This document shows, piece by piece, positions 58,243 to 64,000 of a stretch of DNA of 64,000 nt. The notes under the pieces were generated by a model. The model worked only from the letters and a program-made list of their open reading frames with translations, had not been told where the DNA came from and searched no databases. The DNA is from a virus. Its lineage: Duplodnaviria; Caudoviricetes. The position numbers were made by a program, and so were the translations under genes. How positions within the stretch are numbered: the stretch's first letter is position 1; each line of letters begins with the position of its first letter. The DNA lies in IMG/VR virus record IMGVR_UViG_3300014205_005221, positions 64,001 through 128,000 of that record; one strand, given 5' to 3'.

Positions 58243-58425
58243 TTAAACTCCTCGACCCCGTACAAGTCCCAGGATCGCCAGAATGAACAGGACCACGGCG
58301 GCGATGTAGCCGATGATCATGACAATGGAGCCGCCCGGGGCAGGGATGTAGGGCGGAACGAAGATGGCGATGAGCAGGCAGATGACTGCGCCGATGAGGC
58401 AGCCGATCCAATTTGTACGCACCAT
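58243..58425 (-). CDS. Small two-TM membrane protein
   Basis: Hydrophobic hairpin. Confidence 0.65.
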   Translation of the reverse strand: MVRTNWIGCLIGAVICLLIAIFVPPYIPAPGGSIVMIIGYIAAVVLFILAILGLVRGRGV

Positions 58426-58449
58426 GTAAGTGTCTTCGACCTAGAACGC

Positions 58450-58479
58450 AAAAAAGGGACCGGATTCGTCCGGTCCCTT
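58450..58479 (-). terminator. Intrinsic terminator
   Basis: aagggaccgga-ttcg-tccggtccctt, followed by a T-run on the minus strand. Confidence 0.85.
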
Positions 58480-58480
58480 C

Positions 58481-58723
58481 TCAGCTGGCCTCCGCATCCG
58501 GGACCAACCCCGTCGCCTGCCAGTGCGCCAACTGACCCTCGGTCCAGCCGAGCCACACGTGCAGCGGCTCACCGATGGTCTTCTTACAACGACGCCATTC
58601 TCGTTCTAGAAGTCTGACTTCCTCCGCGTTCAACTGACGAACCGGATAATTCTTCTCATGAACGGAATTGAGTCTACGTGCTACTTCCTGCGGAGTTTCC
58701 GGGGGAAGAAAACTCATCCGCAC
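58481..58723 (-). CDS. Hypothetical protein
   Basis: LHVWLGWT..Q...W motif. Confidence 0.6.
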   Translation of the reverse strand: MRMSFLPPETPQEVARRLNSVHEKNYPVRQLNAEEVRLLEREWRRCKKTIGEPLHVWLGWTEGQLAHWQATGLVPDAEAS

Positions 58724-58806
58724 TTACAAAAAAGGTAAGGACGTCCACACTTTGTGCAGTTACCGCGCTGAGGCGGACGGTAGAAATACCAGAACATGAC
58801 TCTCCT

Positions 58807-59061
58807 TTAGTAGGGAGGATAGTAGCCACAATTCATACCAATGTTAAACATGCACTTACAGCAAAGATACCGCGTCAGTTCGTGAAAATGCCGAGGGCCT
58901 GATTGATCACCAATCTTGTGTGTAGCCGGGCCTCCGCACACGCAGATTTCTTCTACCGCCGAGATCGAGATGGAATGGGGAGCGTAGTCCACATTGACCC
59001 GATCCGGTTCCGCCCACGGCTGGCCCAACGAAGCCAACAAATCATCCATCTCACCCGGCAC
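58807..59061 (-). CDS. Hypothetical Cys-rich protein
   Basis: AAGGAG RBS; CVCG...LCCKC. Confidence 0.6.
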   Translation of the reverse strand: MPGEMDDLLASLGQPWAEPDRVNVDYAPHSISISAVEEICVCGGPATHKIGDQSGPRHFHELTRYLCCKCMFNIGMNCGYYPPY

Positions 59062-59072
59062 GATGCGCTCCT

Positions 59073-59258
59073 TTAGTCTGTCCGACCATCAAGAGGCTGA
59101 TGCACTTCCTGCCACTCGATGGATCCGTCAGGACTGACTTCGCCTTCAGAAACCGGACCACACTGACAGTCATTCACAGGATCAACATCATGCTCTACAA
59201 GATCGTCCAACGGCACGATATGCACCCCGTGGATGGGATCATCTACTCGCGCCCACAT
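59073..59258 (-). CDS. Hypothetical protein
   Basis: H..P.DDLVEH...CQCGP...H..LDGR. Confidence 0.6.
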   Translation of the reverse strand: MWARVDDPIHGVHIVPLDDLVEHDVDPVNDCQCGPVSEGEVSPDGSIEWQEVHQPLDGRTD

Positions 59259-59635
59259 CAGGACGGTCCCAGCAGAAGCGAGATCGCATCTCGAAGCTCC
59301 GGGCACCCGGTCATCTCAGAAGACGCGCTCAACTTCTTGCCGTCCGTGACCTCGATACCCCGACCATACTTGCAGTCGCAGGTACGGTTCCCGAACGACC
59401 GGTACGCGCACACCTCCCGACGTACCGCCTCCAGCGACGCCGCCAGTTCCACGCGCCTATCGTATTCCGGCGCGAGCACATGCTGGGCCATCAACGGAGC
59501 CCATTCGGGATGTCCAGCACGCTGCATCTCGTAGAGAGCGACGTTCAGCGCCCGCTTCGCGTCATCGACCTCAACGTTGGTCTTCAGATAGACCCGCTGC
59601 AGGTTGGCCCGCGCTTCCTCAACCGACATCGACAT
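59258..59635 (-). CDS. Hypothetical protein
   Basis: CDCKYG...SE.TGCPELR motif. Confidence 0.65.
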   Translation of the reverse strand: MSMSVEEARANLQRVYLKTNVEVDDAKRALNVALYEMQRAGHPEWAPLMAQHVLAPEYDRRVELAASLEAVRREVCAYRSFGNRTCDCKYGRGIEVTDGKKLSASSEMTGCPELRDAISLLLGPS

Positions 59636-59999
59636 TCGAATCCTCCCAACCCGGAGACATGCACGTCGTCCACGACGCCTTGGTCAACGACCCGTCCTTA
59701 GAACGCCGGACCAGAGAATCCCGGCCGTTCCACGTCACGCACGGCTCGACTACCACGCACCGATCACCAGAGCAGATGGTCACCACCTCGTTGCGCACCG
59801 GCATCCAGTACTCAGACTCGACGTCGCCCCGATGCAGCAACCACTGCAGGCGCCACCAGTACTCCAACAGCGGGAGAACGATGCCTCGGCGCCAGAACAG
59901 ATACACCAGCATGAACGGAACGCGAACGGCCCAGAACCGCGTCGACACCGAGCCGTCCGTAGGCTTCTTGATGTACAAACGAATCGTCGAAAGTTCCAT
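59619..59999 (-). CDS. Hypothetical protein
   Basis: TGATG overlap. Confidence 0.55.
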   Translation of the reverse strand: MELSTIRLYIKKPTDGSVSTRFWAVRVPFMLVYLFWRRGIVLPLLEYWWRLQWLLHRGDVESEYWMPVRNEVVTICSGDRCVVVEPCVTWNGRDSLVRRSKDGSLTKASWTTCMSPGWEDSNVDVG

Positions 60000-60217
60000 C
60001 AGATGACCGGATCAAACTCTTCCGGATCGAACTCACCCAGCTTCACGCCACGAATGAATGCGCTCCACTCGCTCCGGGTAAATCGCAACTTCGGGCCGTC
60101 CGACTCCTTGGTGTCGCTGATGAGGAACACAGCGTCCTCGCGCGAGAACTCGACGTCGACACAGTCACCGGACGGGTTCGAAAAGGACGACTTCACGGCT
60201 TGGTGCGCTCCTTCCAT
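59999..60217 (-). CDS. DUF397 (BldB/Scr2-like) protein
   Basis: KSSFS...CVDV...SDTK...L.F...EW.AFI.GVK.GEFD. Confidence 0.85.
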   Translation of the reverse strand: MEGAHQAVKSSFSNPSGDCVDVEFSREDAVFLISDTKESDGPKLRFTRSEWSAFIRGVKLGEFDPEEFDPVI

Positions 60218-60405
60218 GCCTTCTTGAACAGATCCCAGTTCACCCGCTGCCGATCGATCCATGGCGCCGCGTCCCAGGCGTCCACGATCTGCTCGTACAA
60301 CTCTTCACACGAGTTCAGATCTTCAGCTCGCTCTGCGGCGTCGTACTTCTCATTCAACTCCAGCCACTCCTGCAGAGACGGCGGGACTGCCAAATCAGCG
60401 CTCAT
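60193..60405 (-). CDS. Hypothetical protein
   Basis: Start 7 nt after GGGTAGAA. Confidence 0.6.
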   Translation of the reverse strand: MSADLAVPPSLQEWLELNEKYDAAERAEDLNSCEELYEQIVDAWDAAPWIDRQRVNWDLFKKAWKERTKP

Positions 60406-60414
60406 GCAGGTGTT

Positions 60415-60621
60415 CTACCCGCTAGTGAGCTGCCAGAGCCCCCACAAAGACAGGCCAAAGGCCACCACCGTGATCACCGGCAGCAAAACCCACGCCCACT
60501 GCCCCGCCTCATCCGAGATGCAGAACAGAATCACCCACAACATCCACACGAGGAACGCCGCAGCGACCGCACCAAAAAAGACTCCGAGCAACTCCAAAAA
60601 CGGAGGAAGCGTGATCGTCAC
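60415..60621 (-). CDS. Small two-TM membrane protein
   Basis: Hydrophobic hairpin. Confidence 0.6.
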   Translation of the reverse strand: MTITLPPFLELLGVFFGAVAAAFLVWMLWVILFCISDEAGQWAWVLLPVITVVAFGLSLWGLWQLTSG

Positions 60622-61280
60622 GTCCGGATCACCACGGTATTGCGCACCTCAACACTGTTAGTGCGGCCACGTTGCGCGCGAGAATCCGCCTTGACCGACG
60701 ACGACTGTGTCTGAGTCTCCGAAGGGAAACGACCGGACAGCAGATCCATCATTTTCTCGACATTGTTCTCAACAATGTGAGTGTAATCCACACCATCCAA
60801 AACCAGCAGAATGGCAAGCTTGCCGTCACGAAGTGCGTAGATCAGCTCTACAGAGTCGGTGAACAGACTCAGAGCCCAATAGCCGCGCTCGTGACCCACT
60901 TCAAGAGACTCGCCAAACCCGGCCGACAGATGCTCATACGCCTTCTGAATGAGCTTGGGGGCATCTTCGATATTTGCGCCAGTCGGAAAGTCGCGAGGAA
61001 GACTTTGACGGTAAGTAGGGTCGCGCCACAACTTACCGAAATCGTCATCCAGCCACACAGTAGGACGCTGCTTACCATCAACAGACAGCTTCACGTTCTT
61101 GAGGAACGTGCGTCCGCTCGGACTGACCTTGAAAAACGCCTCGTTGCGGACCCGGCCGTTATTGGCGATCAGCGTCCAGCCGCGCGTCACCTTAATGACC
61201 TCGGGGACCTCCCCCGTCTGTGCAACAACACGTTCGATGTATTCCTGCACAGACGGGGGATAGATCGAAACATCAGCCAC
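60618..61280 (-). CDS. Hypothetical protein
   Basis: Abuts the nucleotidyltransferase gene. Confidence 0.65.
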   Translation of the reverse strand: MADVSIYPPSVQEYIERVVAQTGEVPEVIKVTRGWTLIANNGRVRNEAFFKVSPSGRTFLKNVKLSVDGKQRPTVWLDDDFGKLWRDPTYRQSLPRDFPTGANIEDAPKLIQKAYEHLSAGFGESLEVGHERGYWALSLFTDSVELIYALRDGKLAILLVLDGVDYTHIVENNVEKMMDLLSGRFPSETQTQSSSVKADSRAQRGRTNSVEVRNTVVIRT

Positions 61281-62093
61281 TCAGCACCAGCCCCAGTACT
61301 TCTTCAGCGTGTCGATGACCCACGCATCGATCTTCTGGTAGTCCGGCTTCTCCGGGAGCGGACCGGCACCGGACTTCATCAGATCAAAGATCTCCGCTTC
61401 CAGCGCTTCCGCGCGACCCAGAGCTTCCTGCTTGGTGTACTTACCCACACGAAGGTCCCGGATCCAGGTGAGATCCGGTTCCGGGATCGGAAGCGTGATC
61501 GAACCGGTCTTGAGCAGCTCCACGCCCTGCACGCCGAGACGCACCATGTGCCCCGCGAACTTCGTATCGAAACCGTACTGCTCCCTGATATCCGCACGGC
61601 CCTGGTTGCGAGTACCGCCCGAGCGCAGGCCCAGCAGACCCTCACGCTGCGAACGCAGATATCCCGCGTACTTGAACCCGTTGCTCCGCGAAAGAAAAAG
61701 ATGCCGGTTCTCTCGCAGCGAGCGGCCCCACTGATTTGCAAACAGCACATGCTCCTGGGGGACAAACAGCGGAAGCTGCATTGTCGGATTCCCCTGTGCC
61801 ACCAGATCGACATAATGCCGAAGATTGTAAGCAACAAAGTCCAGGTCACCCGGACCGGAGCACACACCCTCGGGCTTGGTGCGCCAGGTGTACGTCTTGG
61901 TGTTCACCGACCCCAGAACCTGACGAGGGTGCTCCAGCCACACACCCATCTCATCGCGGTCGTCGGTTCCCTCGATCGACGTGCCATGCACACCCGAGCC
62001 CGCCAGCACGCGCAGGATCATGCCCTCGCGTGCGACCTTCTGGCGCGGGCTGTCCGGAAGGATCGGAATAACTTCGTTGAATTTAGCGCTCAC
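61281..62093 (-). CDS. Pol-beta superfamily nucleotidyltransferase (RlaP/YcgL-like)
   Basis: GS.VHG....DDRDEMGV, GNP, YGFDTK.A.H..RL, LPEKPD. Confidence 0.85.
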   Translation of the reverse strand: MSAKFNEVIPILPDSPRQKVAREGMILRVLAGSGVHGTSIEGTDDRDEMGVWLEHPRQVLGSVNTKTYTWRTKPEGVCSGPGDLDFVAYNLRHYVDLVAQGNPTMQLPLFVPQEHVLFANQWGRSLRENRHLFLSRSNGFKYAGYLRSQREGLLGLRSGGTRNQGRADIREQYGFDTKFAGHMVRLGVQGVELLKTGSITLPIPEPDLTWIRDLRVGKYTKQEALGRAEALEAEIFDLMKSGAGPLPEKPDYQKIDAWVIDTLKKYWGWC

Positions 62094-62106
62094 GTAAATC
62101 TTCTAC

Positions 62107-62571
62107 TCATTCCTTAGGAGGATCGCAGAACTCCGGAGGCGGGTCCGTCACCCACGCCGGAGTGATATCCCGGTCCTCGAACTGAGGATTGCGCGTCCAC
62201 ACGCCGCCGGGCTTACGCTCCCACGCCTGCTCGATGTAGCACCCGACCGACGACATCGACTCGCCCGCACCACGACACTCATGCCACGGCGGATCACCGT
62301 AGCGGAAGTTCTCCGTCAGGTAATCGAGGTTCCACTCCGGCGGAAGCTCATCGCCTTCACGGAAGCTCCGGTACCGGTCATAGCGTGTCCAGCCCTCACC
62401 GACCGACATGCGCAGAGCACACGCCTGACACTCGATGCGAGCCAGCACGGCCCACGTGTCGTAGACGCCCAGCATCCGAGGATGGAAAGCCGCGTAACGC
62501 GGAACCCCGTAGCCATCGTGCCACAACGGGGTTCCGGCAATCTCGCGAATATCCTGATAGTCAGGAAGCAT
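62107..62571 (-). CDS. Hypothetical protein
   Basis: GVPRY..FHP, CQAC and YGDPP motifs; leaderless start. Confidence 0.65.
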   Translation of the reverse strand: MLPDYQDIREIAGTPLWHDGYGVPRYAAFHPRMLGVYDTWAVLARIECQACALRMSVGEGWTRYDRYRSFREGDELPPEWNLDYLTENFRYGDPPWHECRGAGESMSSVGCYIEQAWERKPGGVWTRNPQFEDRDITPAWVTDPPPEFCDPPKE

Positions 62572-62580
62572 GTCAGAGTC

Positions 62581-63021
62581 CTACCCCGGGAGAAGACGCC
62601 TTGAGAACAAGTCCTTCAGCTCAAGGCGCGCCTGCGCTTTCCACTGCTCCTCGGTGCACGGGGAATACTCACCCCACACCTTCTGACCGAGCAGCCGACA
62701 ATCGTAGTCCGCCTCGGTGGGATCGTTGTCGATCGAATAGCCCTCCCGCTCCTGATAGCTCGGAGCGGGATCCCGGAACGGGCAGTCAGGACAGAACGAA
62801 CCCGGACCGTAGTCCGGGGACATCGTCGAACCGTTGAGCAGCCACTGCAAAGCCGGATAGAAATGCTCGTCAGCAGAGTCCGCCATCTCAGCGAGAGTAT
62901 CGCCGTAGAGAGACAGCGTGCACTCAGAGCACGACAGTCCCCAAAACACCTGACCGGTGTAACGGCGGTAGGAACGCAGCTTCGAGCGGTGCACCAACGG
63001 CATCGCCCCGCGCTCAGACAT
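62581..63021 (-). CDS. Hypothetical Cys-rich protein
   Basis: CSEC and CPDCPF motifs. Confidence 0.6.
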   Translation of the reverse strand: MSERGAMPLVHRSKLRSYRRYTGQVFWGLSCSECTLSLYGDTLAEMADSADEHFYPALQWLLNGSTMSPDYGPGSFCPDCPFRDPAPSYQEREGYSIDNDPTEADYDCRLLGQKVWGEYSPCTEEQWKAQARLELKDLFSRRLLPG

Positions 63022-63250
63022 CAGAAAGTCCCGGAACCTTTACGCCCCAGCACCTAGCTACCTTGCGAAGCACCGTCGTCGCATAAATGACGGACTCCTG
63101 CGTGTTGTACCCCGCCTGCGAGTAAATACGAATCAGATGATGAACTGCCTCGTGGAGAGCGTCTTCATCCACCGAAACCGGCAGACACACCATGACATCC
63201 TCGACGTTCTCCACGACTACACCTCCGGAGGGAACGCCACGTCCCAACAC
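63014..63250 (-). CDS. Hypothetical protein (start uncertain)
   Basis: Co-oriented packing. Confidence 0.5.
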   Translation of the reverse strand: MLGRGVPSGGVVVENVEDVMVCLPVSVDEDALHEAVHHLIRIYSQAGYNTQESVIYATTVLRKVARCWGVKVPGLSDV

Positions 63251-63420
63251 GACGGGCAGATACCTGACATCAGCTGCTCACGACGGTCCACACTCAGATC
63301 ACTCAGAGCTTCCTGAATATGTGCACCGTGCTTCCACCGGTTGTACCCGATCTGATCGACCTCGAACTCGTCGACCTTGTGACACGTCGGGCACTCGGAA
63401 CTTACCAACAATACGGACAT
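63217..63420 (-). CDS. Small Zn-finger protein
   Basis: CPTC...IQEAL..LS...RE.LMSGICPSCWD. Confidence 0.7.
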   Translation of the reverse strand: MSVLLVSSECPTCHKVDEFEVDQIGYNRWKHGAHIQEALSDLSVDRREQLMSGICPSCWDVAFPPEV

Positions 63421-63421
63421 G

Positions 63422-63751
63422 TCACTTACCCACCGGACGCTTGCCTCCGCAAAACTGATCCCACTCGGTCATCCGCAGCAGCGGCGTCGCGCCACCACCG
63501 CTGTCGCTACGGCCCGACGACGGCGTGGCGAAACCCAGGCCATCGACACACACCTTGGCGATGTTCGGGTACAGGTCTGCGTTGCGATACACCTCGATGT
63601 AGTCCACGTCGCTAACCACATCGACCGGAGAGCCCTCGTGGCCGCCCCGGTCACCGAGCTGCTCCGCACACCCGGTCAGCAGCGCGAGCGACAGCCCAGC
63701 GCCGACCAGAACACCCACAACACGCTTAGTCCTCACGGGGATCCCTTTCAC
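63422..63751 (-). CDS. Lipoprotein
   Basis: Signal peptide with lipobox LTGC. Confidence 0.75.
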   Translation of the reverse strand: MKGIPVRTKRVVGVLVGAGLSLALLTGCAEQLGDRGGHEGSPVDVVSDVDYIEVYRNADLYPNIAKVCVDGLGFATPSSGRSDSGGGATPLLRMTEWDQFCGGKRPVGK

Positions 63752-63760
63752 AACGAAGTT

Positions 63761-63916
63761 CTACCGGGGACGACGCTTCTTGCGGTCGACCACAACAGGC
63801 TTAGCAATGCTCAAAATATGCTCAGAAAACTCGCACCCGGGACGGGCGCAGTACCGCATGCTGCGCTGGGTCAGAAACTTGCCGTGACCACACTCAGGGC
63901 ATTTCCATGCGCTCAC
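63761..63916 (-). CDS. Small Zn-ribbon protein
   Basis: GTG after GAGGAG: MSAWKCPECG...C..PGC. Confidence 0.5.
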   Translation of the reverse strand: MSAWKCPECGHGKFLTQRSMRYCARPGCEFSEHILSIAKPVVVDRKKRRPR

Positions 63917-64000
63917 GGCACACTCCTCAGCGGTCGCCTTCGAGCAGCCGCTCGAACGCCTCGACGTTGCCCTTCGCATCGTTGACCGGGTTATGGTCAT

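Larger units (their letters stand above)
192..63766 (-). promoter_or_regulatory. Dispersed GGGTA(G/T/C)(A/G)A motif family (putative -10-only promoters)
   Basis: More than 25 minus-strand copies at gene boundaries; at least 14 lie exactly 7 nt before a start codon. Confidence 0.75.
1..64000 (-). mobile_element. Large tailed (siphovirus-type) actinobacteriophage or phage-plasmid genome segment
   Basis: Tail operon, holin, DnaB, NrdJ and dense co-oriented small ORFs with overlapping start/stop codons; also a TraB conjugation module. Confidence 0.93.

Noticed and set aside
1-64000. tRNA, rRNA, integrase/att sites, IS elements
   Set aside because: None recognised by eye; tRNAscan or Infernal would be needed to exclude them

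Overview
GC-rich segment of a large siphovirus-type actinobacteriophage, probably a phage-plasmid or temperate element of a filamentous actinomycete. Almost every real gene is on the minus strand. Reading right to left (the direction of transcription): small accessory genes (lipoprotein, RlaP-like nucleotidyltransferase, orphan DUF397); a terminator; a holin and the head-tail joining and tail operon (glycosyltransferase, HNH, major tail protein, frameshifted tail assembly chaperone, a 3292-aa tape measure carrying NlpC/P60, transglycosylase and LysM domains, Dit, minor tail proteins, tail fibre); secreted NlpC/P60, thermonuclease, SNF2 helicase, class II ribonucleotide reductase and a FliA/WhiG-like sigma factor; about 12 kb of tiny hypothetical genes; DnaB helicase and a stand-alone primase Zn finger; and a Streptomyces-plasmid-type conjugation module (TraB FtsK translocase, Spd/TraA-like genes, divergent HTH regulator, candidate clt). 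The most striking unexplained structure is a motif GGGTA(G/T/C)(A/G)A found more than 25 times on the minus strand. It lies exactly 7 nt before a start codon in at least 14 cases and often forms the Gly-TAG end of the upstream gene, which suggests a -10-only leaderless promoter system, possibly read by the phage sigma factor. A highly structured ~225-nt intergenic RNA candidate with C-rich loops (12.8-13.06 kb) follows one such promoter. No capsid, portal, terminase, integrase, tRNA or CRISPR array was recognised in the window. All calls come from motif recognition by eye; no database searches were run.
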